The translations under genes and the position numbers were made by a program. DNA of 64,000 nt from a virus. How positions within the stretch are numbered: position 1 is the stretch's first letter; the number at the start of each line of letters is the position of its first letter. A model generated the notes under the pieces. The model saw nothing but the letters and a program-made list of their open reading frames with translations. It made no database searches and was not told where the DNA came from. The stretch lies in the IMG/VR virus record IMGVR_UViG_3300032282_004772; one strand, written 5' to 3'. Of the stretch, positions 50,302 to 60,198 are shown in pieces.

Positions 50302-53007
50302 ATGGCTCTCCCAACCATTTTCAGCCAAGTCATACATATAATCAGGTTTTAATCCTCTTCTTTGCCAGTACTCCATTTCTTCTTTTGAAATCATTAAAAC
50401 ATCTTCCCATAATTTGTCTTGGTCTGATTCTTCAAAAGGATGTCCGTTAATTAATTCACATTGTTCTTTAGTATATAATCCTCTTTTTTCAGGGTCAGTA
50501 ACTAATAATGAATTTCTAACATCATCTTTAAAAACAACCAATAGAGGTTCAATTCTTTTATTAAATGTTGAGATTGCTCTTGCGATATTATACTCACCTG
50601 TCATTTCGGGATTAGACTCAATTTCACTATTATCTAAAATGTAACAATTTAAAACTATTGAATCCCCTTTCTTTTGTACATCACCGTGGGATGCTTTTGC
50701 CCCATTATTAACATAATATATAACATCACCTAAATTTATGTTCATACCATGTTTAATCGCCAATTCCATATGAGCCATTCTACTCATTTGATTTCCTGCT
50801 TTAGTAGTTTGTTTACATCTTGATTTATAATCATCAATAGTTAATTTAACTTTTGCTCTCTGAGCGATTTTCATAAGAGGTATTTTTTTATCAAAAATAA
50901 GTTGCAAGTACTCATAATACCACTCAACAAACTCCTGACCTTTACCTTCAAGTAACATTTTTACGCCCTTATCCAAGAAATCTTCAATATATAGAGGTAA
51001 TTTTTTAGATTTAATCGTATTACCAGTTAACTTGATTTTACCTTTAGAATCCATAACGGCATAATTCTTTCTCGCCAAATTAATACAAGATGGCCAAGTT
51101 CCGTCAGTATCCAACGCCATCTCTCCTCTCATAAAAATATCATTAAACTCAGCAACATCGGCATCGTCACCTCTATATTCTTTATCTTTCTTAACCTTCC
51201 AATTTAACCCCTTTCCAATATACACCCTATTCTCAACACCATCTGGTTTTGAAAAGTTTACACCGTCAGTGTCCATTACTAATGGAACATAACCTTTTTT
51301 CATGAAAAACTTAATCATCATTCTAAGGTATTGTCTACCTGTACAAGTGATTTGTTCTCCCATATACATGTCTCCCCAAGCGAATACTTGTGGTGCCGAT
51401 AACGCACCAAACATTGAGTTAATGAAGATTTTAATTGGAAGTTGTTTTCTATCGTATGATACCGATTTTTTAGGGTCGGTTTTTTCATACTGACTTGCTA
51501 AGTTTTTATATAAGATACGAGTATCTCTAAAATATTTTAACATGGCTTTCATACCTCCTGTAACGTCACAATCGGGAAATACATCATGAACCAACTGTAT
51601 GGACGGATAAAGAGAACTAAAGTCTAATTTTAAAACGTTTCTAGAATACCCAACCTTAAGTAGTCGAGACAATCCACCAACAAAGTCAGTCTTACTTTGT
51701 TTTTCAGGTATCGCCAATTTAAATTTATATGACCATGCTAACATCAACATTTTCCATAATGTTGCGGTTCCCATAGTAGACACTCTCTCATATGTTGTTG
51801 GTACTAAAGACGCCAATAGAAATGAACCTTGGTTGAACTCCTCATCAACTAATAGAGTTTCTTCCAAGTCATCGTCCAAATATCTCTCAACAATATTATC
51901 TCCTGTTACCTTAATATAAGTTCCGGGAAACTTTTCATCTAAATTATCGAACTTTGGGTCTGACGCTTTTTTATATTTACCATTTTTTATATTAAGCCAA
52001 AACTCATCTTTATCTCGGTACATTTTACCAATATCCTCATGAGAAATATAAACACGGTCATCCGCCTCAGCTTCAATGTATTGGGTAATATACTTCAATC
52101 CTGCGGATTTAATACTTGAATTGATGGCCTGAGCTCTACGAACAGAATGGATAATGTCAATCACATTATAACCCCAAATAGAGACCTGATTGTATTTTTC
52201 AACCTCATTAGCCAACTTTAATAAACTTTCATGTTGGGATATCGCTTTATTAGGATTAAGAGTTCTACAAACTTTTTTAATATCGATATTTAACGCTTTG
52301 CATCTTTCAAAAATCCAAAACCAATCGAAGTTTGCTGAATTATATCCACCAATAATACTTGGTTTTAATTCATCAATTAAATTAAAAAATTCAATTATTC
52401 CCGCCCTTTCTTGTTCTTCATTAGAACACTCAATAACCTTCTTGAATCCCTTATTGGTTTTAATTCCAATCATAAAGATTCTACCATCTTTTGGTTCTAA
52501 TGATGTTGTCTCTAAGTCGAATACAAATCTTGTAATATCATTATATTCTTCATATCCTTTAAACAATCTTTTTTCTCTCGAAATTAAAAATTGTTCAACA
52601 GGAGGAAGAATCAATATTAAATCTTTAACCCTTTCAGACCATGGGTCTATTCCACCATCTCTAAAAAATTGAATTAACGAACGATATCCTTTTAACGATT
52701 TAACTAAAAACTTTAATCCGTTTTCAAGTCTTTGGTCTCCTTTGGTTTCTAATTTTTCAATTACAATCCCATATTTAGACATTCCTTCTTTTTGTGCCGC
52801 CTTAGAATCTGAATAGAAATTCAGTCCACGGAGGTCTCCAACCCACGCAAATGCAATAAAATTATCTTTTTGGATTACCTTCCCCTTACCAGGTATTTCT
52901 TTTATTTTAAAAATTGAATCTGATAAATAATCAAATTCTACAGATGTTATAAATTCTTCGGGGTCATTTCCTTCTAAAAAGGATTTAATTTCTTCTTGAC
53001 TAATCAT
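50245..53007 (-). CDS. Family B DNA polymerase
   Basis: Exonuclease motifs FDLETT and GYNSANFDW; polymerase motifs LDFSSLYPS, KIFINSMFG, MDTDG and KNYA. No intein. Confidence 0.95.
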   Translation of the reverse strand: MISQEEIKSFLEGNDPEEFITSVEFDYLSDSIFKIKEIPGKGKVIQKDNFIAFAWVGDLRGLNFYSDSKAAQKEGMSKYGIVIEKLETKGDQRLENGLKFLVKSLKGYRSLIQFFRDGGIDPWSERVKDLILILPPVEQFLISREKRLFKGYEEYNDITRFVFDLETTSLEPKDGRIFMIGIKTNKGFKKVIECSNEEQERAGIIEFFNLIDELKPSIIGGYNSANFDWFWIFERCKALNIDIKKVCRTLNPNKAISQHESLLKLANEVEKYNQVSIWGYNVIDIIHSVRRAQAINSSIKSAGLKYITQYIEAEADDRVYISHEDIGKMYRDKDEFWLNIKNGKYKKASDPKFDNLDEKFPGTYIKVTGDNIVERYLDDDLEETLLVDEEFNQGSFLLASLVPTTYERVSTMGTATLWKMLMLAWSYKFKLAIPEKQSKTDFVGGLSRLLKVGYSRNVLKLDFSSLYPSIQLVHDVFPDCDVTGGMKAMLKYFRDTRILYKNLASQYEKTDPKKSVSYDRKQLPIKIFINSMFGALSAPQVFAWGDMYMGEQITCTGRQYLRMMIKFFMKKGYVPLVMDTDGVNFSKPDGVENRVYIGKGLNWKVKKDKEYRGDDADVAEFNDIFMRGEMALDTDGTWPSCINLARKNYAVMDSKGKIKLTGNTIKSKKLPLYIEDFLDKGVKMLLEGKGQEFVEWYYEYLQLIFDKKIPLMKIAQRAKVKLTIDDYKSRCKQTTKAGNQMSRMAHMELAIKHGMNINLGDVIYYVNNGAKASHGDVQKKGDSIVLNCYILDNSEIESNPEMTGEYNIARAISTFNKRIEPLLVVFKDDVRNSLLVTDPEKRGLYTKEQCELINGHPFEESDQDKLWEDVLMISKEEMEYWQRRGLKPDYMYDLAENGWESHLIELESIRTHDVPTSSTV

Positions 53008-53098
53008 TTTTATAAAATTATTGTGACATATTAGCTGCCACTTAAAGTGACATTTGCCTTATCACAATAAATATAGAAATTTTAGTCTTTTAAGTCAA

Positions 53099-53479
53099 TT
53101 AACAACAAGGAGTATCTGAGATAAAGCTATCTTGTATGTTAATAAATAATGGTTCTCTTATTGGTACAATTAAATCACCCTGTTCATTTTTTAACATGAA
53201 TTGGGCTTCATATCTACCAACTCTATTTGTGTCTCTTTTTGAAAAATTGAAATAAATGTAATATTCAGTAGGGGTGTTTGGGTCAACAAACGTCTTAGCG
53301 ACAAATCCTCCTGGCTTAGATACAATTTTAGGGATTCCCGTTTCAACATCAATCATAGAAAAAATAATTGTAGATGACTCAATAAAATCCATGAAATTAT
53401 GATAATCACTTCTACCGTCTTTAACTACCTGCATCTTTAAAACAGGTAAAGTCGCATTTTTTTTAATAAAAAATTCCAT
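53099..53479 (-). CDS. BppU-N-like (baseplate upper / fibre attachment) domain protein
   Basis: FFIKKNATLP.L...YFNF...DTNRVGRYEAQF...L.VP...L.INI fits the BppU_N pattern. Confidence 0.55.
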   Translation of the reverse strand: MEFFIKKNATLPVLKMQVVKDGRSDYHNFMDFIESSTIIFSMIDVETGIPKIVSKPGGFVAKTFVDPNTPTEYYIYFNFSKRDTNRVGRYEAQFMLKNEQGDLIVPIREPLFINIQDSFISDTPCC

Positions 53480-53523
53480 TTATTATTTTTAATAATAAAT
53501 AGTCGTCTTTATTAAATTGTGTC

Positions 53524-54327
53524 TTATTTGAAGATATCAAAATACTCTCTCCAACTACATTTGATTAAATTAAACAACTCTGGTTGTTTAACATAACATA
53601 TGTCAAATATTTTTTCATCACTACCGATATACCTATTACTTATTGATTCGTCTATTGTCTCAACAACCAAATTAAGTAATCCGTCAATTAAATGTGATGG
53701 TAATAAGAAAGCGGTTCCTTGTATATTTCTGATTTGTGATAAAGAATGAAACTGTCTATCATTAACACCAAAATGTTTATTATGACTAAAAAACGTAATT
53801 TTATTTAAATCTAATTGTGATATCTTTTCCATATTAGGCCATTTAGCCAAAGCGTAATTTTTAACATCTTCTCGTAATCCGCCAGCGTCCGCCCAAATAA
53901 CCATATCGTTATTAAAATATTTTTTTTCTATAGTATCTTTTAAAAAGAAAACTTTATTAAACATTATAATATTATAGAGTGGTTGACACATTTCAGGGAC
54001 ATCATGAAAACTTACTTTACTTTTAAAATCAGCAGCTCCCATTAATTCACATAATGAATCATTATACTTTTTATACATATCTAATTCATTCAAAGGAACA
54101 TCAACTATTATTGTCTTTGAGAAATCAGGGTCAAACTCTTTTCGATGGTTTTTAATGTCATTTATAAATTTTGTTTCGGTATAAACCACAATGTTTGCGT
54201 CTAAAGATAATGTATTTCTCATCCACCAAAGATATGTGTGATATGACATTCTAAAATTAGACCAATTCTCTCTTCCTATATCATAGAGAGCCATTACAAT
54301 TACAGGATTATTTACAGCCATTCCCAA
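53524..54327 (-). CDS. HtrL/YibB (WlaTC)-family glycosyltransferase-like protein
   Basis: VIVMALYDIGRENW...Y, LYNIIMFNKVFFL, MVIWADAG and SDEKI motifs. Confidence 0.7.
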   Translation of the reverse strand: MGMAVNNPVIVMALYDIGRENWSNFRMSYHTYLWWMRNTLSLDANIVVYTETKFINDIKNHRKEFDPDFSKTIIVDVPLNELDMYKKYNDSLCELMGAADFKSKVSFHDVPEMCQPLYNIIMFNKVFFLKDTIEKKYFNNDMVIWADAGGLREDVKNYALAKWPNMEKISQLDLNKITFFSHNKHFGVNDRQFHSLSQIRNIQGTAFLLPSHLIDGLLNLVVETIDESISNRYIGSDEKIFDICYVKQPELFNLIKCSWREYFDIFK

Positions 54328-55070
54328 GTTATTAATTGATTTTTATGTTTAATGTTTGCAATTTTTTGATTGAAATAATTTGAAGTATTATCAGGATTAA
54401 ATATTGTATTCATTTTTAAATTACGACTTGCCAAATAACTTGGAACAAACCCTTCTCCATATCCTGAAAATCCATTTTTAGTAATGTTTACTAACTCTTG
54501 CATTGCTTTATTAGAATACCTAACAATTGCAAAAAAAGAACCAAAATAATCTTTTATTTCAGGGGATAATTCGTCACCATGACCAGGAAATCTTTGGAAC
54601 CAAAGACCTTTTGAGTGCATCCTATGGTCAGCTTTAGGTATTTCAGGATATCCTTCCACATTTGAATTTTTAAATAAAAAATAACTAAGAAAATCAGAAT
54701 CGTCATTTTGAAATCCATTTAAAAATTCGTCCCAATTATCACAAGAAACGTCATCATCAAAAAACCAATAATATTCATAATTTGGGTTAGCAATATAAAA
54801 GTTAATCATTCTAAGATACGCATAAAACCAAATAATATTTCTATTACCTGCGTGATTCCAATAGTGACCCCGACTAACATCTTTTTTAAAATTAAAGTTA
54901 TTTCTTATATCGTTTTCAGTATATAAGAAAGCATTATAATTTATTGGTTTATTTTTAGAGTTATCTACAATGTAAAAAACATCTTCTTTATTTTTAAAAT
55001 AAGTCCACCAACCTATATAAGAAGTATAGGTTTCAGGAGTAAAACAAATTCCGTAACAATTTTTATACAT
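54312..55070 (-). CDS. GT-A fold glycosyltransferase-like protein
   Basis: PNYEYYWFFDDDV DxD motif, FFAIVRYS..A, GEGFVP and terminal H. Inside the GT cluster. Confidence 0.6.
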   Translation of the reverse strand: MYKNCYGICFTPETYTSYIGWWTYFKNKEDVFYIVDNSKNKPINYNAFLYTENDIRNNFNFKKDVSRGHYWNHAGNRNIIWFYAYLRMINFYIANPNYEYYWFFDDDVSCDNWDEFLNGFQNDDSDFLSYFLFKNSNVEGYPEIPKADHRMHSKGLWFQRFPGHGDELSPEIKDYFGSFFAIVRYSNKAMQELVNITKNGFSGYGEGFVPSYLASRNLKMNTIFNPDNTSNYFNQKIANIKHKNQLITWEWL

Positions 55071-55872
55071 AATCTTTAATTAAAACATCATTCCACGATG
55101 GGACTCTATTAAATTGATGTACAATATCATATTTAATACCTTGTTTAGTATATACAACATTACCTTCCATATATGGAATACCATACTTTAATTTACCTCT
55201 AAACCCCCATCCGTCAAAAAATGGTGTAGGACCTGCAACTGCGCAATGCATCGCCCAAGCTTCGTCTAAATTAAAAATCTTTATGTTAGGTATTTCATTA
55301 TTTGCAATCATAACTATAAGTGCCGCTTGGTCTTTTATATTATGATTATCACTACCTTTTTCACATAACTCAAAAATTCTTTTATACAGAGGTATAAGAG
55401 AAGTCCTTTTACCTCCGATGACTCCTGAACAAATAACTTCATTTGGTCTACATTTTTGAATTTCAGATGGAAATATTTTTGAAATATTATCAGTATTCCA
55501 CGGCTCATCCCCAACTAAAACACCTTCTCCACTTACAAAAATATCATAATTTAAGTCCCACTTTTCAAATGGGTCTCCCTGGAAAACAACATCAAATACA
55601 TCCGTAATTAAAAATAAATCTATTTCTGATTCGTTTAAAAACTCAAAAGTCCTTTCAATTCTTTTATGGTTTATAAACCAAGTGTTGTTTATCACAACAG
55701 GAACAGTTGTAATACCAATTGATTCACACATAGAGATTTCATCTTGTGTGGCATTTGCACACAATAAAATAACCTCTCCTTCAGAATATTTTTTAAAACT
55801 TTTAGACCAAACCAAAATTTTAGAAAAATTATCTTTTATGTTGTTAGATAGTCCTAATAATGCTTTTTTCAT
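55063..55872 (-). CDS. GT-A glycosyltransferase resembling the PLOD/LH3 GT domain
   Basis: LITDVFDVVFQGDPF, ICSGVIGG, KDQAAL and IVHQFNR. Confidence 0.65.
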   Translation of the reverse strand: MKKALLGLSNNIKDNFSKILVWSKSFKKYSEGEVILLCANATQDEISMCESIGITTVPVVINNTWFINHKRIERTFEFLNESEIDLFLITDVFDVVFQGDPFEKWDLNYDIFVSGEGVLVGDEPWNTDNISKIFPSEIQKCRPNEVICSGVIGGKRTSLIPLYKRIFELCEKGSDNHNIKDQAALIVMIANNEIPNIKIFNLDEAWAMHCAVAGPTPFFDGWGFRGKLKYGIPYMEGNVVYTKQGIKYDIVHQFNRVPSWNDVLIKDYV

Positions 55873-55874
55873 TT

Positions 55875-56447
55875 TTAACAGTTATGTCTTGAGATTTCCA
55901 ACTCTTCGTTGAAATTTAATATTGTTGGCCATAAGTATTCGACCAAATAATTTGTGTTATTTATTATTTCATTTTTTGGTAAAGTCTCTCTTATTTTTTC
56001 ATAAAAACCTATTCCATTTTTTAAAATTAAGTTTTTGGAAACTATACACTGAGCGGAATTTATAAATTTTATAGGTAATTTATATGTTATTTGATTTTCT
56101 TCCGCATAATTAATAGTTTGTTTTAAAATATGCTCAACGTCTCTAACATAAGTAATACCTAACGGATAAAAATCTTTCTCAAAATTAAATTCATTAACTC
56201 TTTTTATAAAGTTAGGACAATGATAAAAAGGGTCATCTTGTGAAAAACAAATATAATCAGGTAAATTATAATAATTTTCTATAATATATGTAAGATAAAC
56301 AATAGTATCAAATCCAACATTTGGTAAGTTATTCTCAAATTTATGAGCATTTTTTGGATTTTTATTATAAACAACATAGGGGTGTTTTAGTTCTGAAACC
56401 CAATCTAAATTTTCCTTAAAATGACATATAACAACTTTTAATTCCAT
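55875..56447 (-). CDS. DUF3431-family (putative glycosyltransferase-related) protein
   Basis: VVICHFKENLDW...YNK...LPNVG...YLTYIIENY.NLPD...F.QDDPF.H. Confidence 0.7.
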   Translation of the reverse strand: MELKVVICHFKENLDWVSELKHPYVVYNKNPKNAHKFENNLPNVGFDTIVYLTYIIENYYNLPDYICFSQDDPFYHCPNFIKRVNEFNFEKDFYPLGITYVRDVEHILKQTINYAEENQITYKLPIKFINSAQCIVSKNLILKNGIGFYEKIRETLPKNEIINNTNYLVEYLWPTILNFNEELEISRHNC

Positions 56448-56448
56448 A

Positions 56449-57705
56449 TTATAATCTTCCTTCTATTTTATCACACCATCCTTTTGATTCCGAATGTGGC
56501 CAAACTATCCAATATGCGGGTTTTTCTGCGGTTTGGAATTCTCTCCAAATTTTACAATATCCGTCTCTATCGTTTTTCATTCTTGCAATTTCTGATTTGT
56601 CCACATCTTTTCTAAATAATGTTTCACCATTTTCTTTGTGGAAAGCCACTGCCCAAAAATCATAATCTTGTAATGGAACTTGATTAAATGAAACATCAAT
56701 ACAGTGTTTAAATATTTTTGCAAAACTATTCATCCATTCTTCTTCGGAATTATAGTCATACGGATTTGGAGGATACTTTTTATCTAATGTATATTGCTGT
56801 ACCGCTCTTTGGCTAAATAATAGCCCCGCATATTTTTCGTAATCTCTTAGTGTTCTTTCACTACCAAAACCAAATTGTCCAAATTCTTCGGGATTGTATA
56901 CTTCACCATCCATACTGAACAATTTTCTATTTTTTAAATGAGAGTTTTTGTTTTTTTCTCCCCATGTCTTGTCGTCATCCCACTGTTTAGTTCTTCCTTT
57001 TCTTGTATATTCATGATACACTACAATTTTATGTGGATGGAATAAATCATACCCATGAGTATACGCTCTTGCAGCAATCGAAATCTCTTCTCCATGAAAA
57101 TAAAATTCAGGGTCGTGTTGAACTTCTTTAGCAAATTGGCCTAAAGTAAAACAAAAATGAGCCGAATAAAATCTTGATGTTATTGGTTCAGTTAATTCTT
57201 GCCATCCAGGAATTGTTTCGGGTAAAAAGAACACCGCTCCTTCAGGAATGAATCTATCAAACGCCATTCTCCAAGGAACAGAAACTCTCCCTTTTGGGTC
57301 ATTATCAGGGTCAAAAGAAGACACATAACTTGTTAACAATGGTTTTTTATATCCTTTATTTTGTAGATGTTTAATCATCTCAATTAAAGTCTCGTCCCAA
57401 TCTTTTTCAAACCTCATATGAGAATCAATTTGCATTGTATACTCTTCCCCATCATATAATTGTTGAGTCAAGTTTCTTGCCCAACAAACACCCAAAGAAT
57501 CTTGGTGTGGTATATTTAAAATTCTAAATCTTTTATCATTTTCATATTCAGATAAATCATCAAATTTATCATCAGGATTAAATTGTCTCGCAATTGAAAA
57601 GACCAAATTATTTGGATTTTTTGATTGTTCTAACGCATCTTTTATTGTTGGAATTAATTGTGGGTCTCTATACGACGCTATTTGAATAAAAATTTTCATA
57701 GACAT
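56449..57705 (-). CDS. GT60-type polypeptide alpha-N-acetylglucosaminyltransferase (Gnt1/OGNT-like, Pfam GlcNAc)
   Basis: IFIQIASYRDP, GVCWAR, MQIDSHMRFEKDWD (DSH), FHGEEI, GYDLFHP...VYHEY and LG/FGSERTL.DYE: the full motif series of this family. Confidence 0.85.
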   Translation of the reverse strand: MSMKIFIQIASYRDPQLIPTIKDALEQSKNPNNLVFSIARQFNPDDKFDDLSEYENDKRFRILNIPHQDSLGVCWARNLTQQLYDGEEYTMQIDSHMRFEKDWDETLIEMIKHLQNKGYKKPLLTSYVSSFDPDNDPKGRVSVPWRMAFDRFIPEGAVFFLPETIPGWQELTEPITSRFYSAHFCFTLGQFAKEVQHDPEFYFHGEEISIAARAYTHGYDLFHPHKIVVYHEYTRKGRTKQWDDDKTWGEKNKNSHLKNRKLFSMDGEVYNPEEFGQFGFGSERTLRDYEKYAGLLFSQRAVQQYTLDKKYPPNPYDYNSEEEWMNSFAKIFKHCIDVSFNQVPLQDYDFWAVAFHKENGETLFRKDVDKSEIARMKNDRDGYCKIWREFQTAEKPAYWIVWPHSESKGWCDKIEGRL

Positions 57706-57750
57706 TATTTTATGTCTATAAAATAATAAAAAAAAATCTAATATAAATAA

Positions 57751-57775
57751 AAATCCCTCTTTTTGAGAGGGATTT
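57751..57775. terminator. Intrinsic (probably bidirectional) terminator
   Basis: AAATCCCTCT-N5-AGAGGGATTT with A/T tracts on both sides, just after the 81-aa gene. Confidence 0.75.
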
Positions 57776-57781
57776 GTTTTT

Positions 57782-58027
57782 TTATTTTAAAGTTAAAACG
57801 TATTCTATTTTACTATCTACATTAACTAAATCATCATCTTTCATTTCTTTGTTTTTAATATAAACAATTTCACTTAACACTTCATTTGGATATTGTATTT
57901 TGTTTTTTATTTCTGATTTAATATCTGAAACTTTAGTAGTATCTGTTATATTAAAGTTAGTTGAGTATTGACTTAACACTGTTTTCGTAGTGCTTTTTTG
58001 TACTTTAATTTCTATTTCTTTCATCAT
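57782..58027 (-). CDS. Ubiquitin-like (beta-grasp) protein lacking C-terminal Gly-Gly
   Basis: 81 aa. TKVSDIKSEIKNKIQYP...IVYIKNKEMKDD...SKIEYVLTLK aligns by eye with ubiquitin DTIENVKAKIQDKEGIP...LIFAGKQLEDG...STLHLVLRLR. Confidence 0.5.
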   Translation of the reverse strand: MMKEIEIKVQKSTTKTVLSQYSTNFNITDTTKVSDIKSEIKNKIQYPNEVLSEIVYIKNKEMKDDDLVNVDSKIEYVLTLK

Positions 58028-58051
58028 ATTTTTAGTTTTTTATTTTTAATT

Positions 58052-60133
58052 TTAATCCCACCAAACATAATCATTAAATGTATAGTAAGAATCATAATCG
58101 GTCAATTCTACTGACTCTATGGTAGTGTCAGATATTAAGTTTATGTAGTATTTGTTATTTTCATTTATTATACCAACAAAATTGTCTCCACATGACTGGT
58201 TACTATCATAGCTTGAAAACTCTGTCGTTGCGCTATTGATTAAGTTAATATCTAAATCATATAGATAATAATTTGTTAATCCACTAATATCGTCAACAAA
58301 CGTAAATAAAAATTTACTATCTCCAAGTCTAAAATCAAAGTCTGTATTGCCCGGCATTGTTTGTAAGCTAGTTATACCTGAAGAAGATAAAATTCTATAT
58401 TCTTTAGATGTATAATCAGCAATTAACATTAATCCTGGAACTTTAAAATTAGGTCTAAAAATATAAGTTGGATAATAAGTCCAATTATAATTAGTTCCAC
58501 TAAAAATACCTGTTTGGAAAGAACTTGAGGTATTATTAATAACATAAGAATCTCCACTGTAATTTCTAAACAAATAGACATCTCCAGCGTATGATTCTTG
58601 TCTTGAATATGACGAGGTAAGACCTATTCCATTAACAACTTCACCTAATGTACCATCTTCTAAAATATGAATTAAGCTCATTGATGTATAAGTCGAGGTT
58701 TCATCAAAAAATGACCCAACAAATTTATTACCACATGTCGCCATTGTTGATATATATGGAGAATTAGACATTAATAAATTAGTACTATTATAAGTAATTC
58801 CTGAACTTGTTATACTCAATATTGACAATTCCCCATCTCCATTATCACACGCGAAAAATAAACTATCATTTAATGCCATGTAGGTATTTATTGTTTTATC
58901 TGCAACGCCACTATTTTGAAATTCGTATGTTTGTATCGTTGTATCCCCACTTAACATGTATATAATATCACAATAATCTACAACTGGACCGACTGAGTTA
59001 CTTGTCGGCTGATTATATAAAACAATTGAAAAAGCGTCAGAACCACCCGGATTAGGATATAAATTAGCATTAGTATCCACGGAGATGTCAGGATAATTTA
59101 ACCTATTATGTGTCATTGTGTTTAAAACGTCAGTATTACCATTGTATTGTATTATTGCGTAATCAACACTTGAATCTGAAGAATTCCAAAGTACTGTTAA
59201 AAATTTATTATTACCATATCTGTAATTATTGTAATTGGTCAAGTTTCCAAAAGTAGTTAAATCAACTGATTGTAAAAGATTTCCAGTTGACGCATCGTAT
59301 ACTTCTAATAAATCATATACATTTAAAGAATAATTATATTTTAAAAATTGTATAAAAGTTCCATCAAAATATGTGTTTACCCCAACACTTTCATTTGCAT
59401 AATCATAAGTTTGACCAATTTGTGTTAATACAGTCCCACTTGTTGTATAATAATTAACAGTATTCGCGGTATAATTGTCAATTCCAATGATAACGTTATC
59501 CGTAGATGTCACTCCGTCCCATCCATCAACAATATATACATATTGATATGTGGTATCCGCGGTTAATGTATAAACTTCAGCACCATTAAAATATTTTAAA
59601 ATACCGTTAAAATAATCGGCGAAATAAGTCCATTTTCCTGCAAGTAGTCCATAATCATAATCACAGTCACAATTAGTTTGGAAACTTTCTAAAATATTAC
59701 CAGCGGCGTCTGTAAATATAAACCACTGTAAATCACATGTATTTTCATTATTAAAATGAAGACCATAACCTTTATTTGTTATTGGGAATATATCACTAAT
59801 GTACCAACCGGTTCTATCAACATTTAAATCATAAACAACTGCAGTTAAATCATTAAAGTTTAATACCGCTTCTCCATTATTATTATTTGTGGTTAATTTA
59901 GAAATAAACACAAAACTTGTTAAGTTGGTTGCCGGAGGATTTATTGTTAATTCATACGTATAATCATATAATGGTACATATATTTGATATACTCCATAAG
60001 GGTATGATGTTATGTTATTAAATGGAATCGTTTGAGTTCCTAGGTCAATTGTTCCTCCTGTTGTTGGTAAGAAGGTTACATTAGCTGTTTGACCACTTAA
60101 ATTGTTACTTAATATTCTTGCGCCTATTGCCAT
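58052..60133 (-). CDS. Virion appendage protein: shared N-terminal module + long beta-rich (propeller-like) domain
   Basis: The N-terminal 65 aa are paralogous to those of 60199..60678 and 61372..63072. The remainder is acidic and Tyr/Asn/Thr-rich with repeated short strands. Confidence 0.6.
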   Translation of the reverse strand: MAIGARILSNNLSGQTANVTFLPTTGGTIDLGTQTIPFNNITSYPYGVYQIYVPLYDYTYELTINPPATNLTSFVFISKLTTNNNNGEAVLNFNDLTAVVYDLNVDRTGWYISDIFPITNKGYGLHFNNENTCDLQWFIFTDAAGNILESFQTNCDCDYDYGLLAGKWTYFADYFNGILKYFNGAEVYTLTADTTYQYVYIVDGWDGVTSTDNVIIGIDNYTANTVNYYTTSGTVLTQIGQTYDYANESVGVNTYFDGTFIQFLKYNYSLNVYDLLEVYDASTGNLLQSVDLTTFGNLTNYNNYRYGNNKFLTVLWNSSDSSVDYAIIQYNGNTDVLNTMTHNRLNYPDISVDTNANLYPNPGGSDAFSIVLYNQPTSNSVGPVVDYCDIIYMLSGDTTIQTYEFQNSGVADKTINTYMALNDSLFFACDNGDGELSILSITSSGITYNSTNLLMSNSPYISTMATCGNKFVGSFFDETSTYTSMSLIHILEDGTLGEVVNGIGLTSSYSRQESYAGDVYLFRNYSGDSYVINNTSSSFQTGIFSGTNYNWTYYPTYIFRPNFKVPGLMLIADYTSKEYRILSSSGITSLQTMPGNTDFDFRLGDSKFLFTFVDDISGLTNYYLYDLDINLINSATTEFSSYDSNQSCGDNFVGIINENNKYYINLISDTTIESVELTDYDSYYTFNDYVWWD

Positions 60134-60198
60134 TTTGTTTTTTTATTTATAAATATCATTAACTTTTTTATTTTTTAAAATCTTATTTAATTTTATTT

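Noticed and set aside
53524-57705. GT cluster as a DNA hypermodification system next to the polymerase
   Set aside because: No hydroxymethylase, TET/JBP or T4 alpha/beta-GT-like gene is in the window, and the lead enzyme belongs to a protein-acceptor family. Disfavoured but not excluded.
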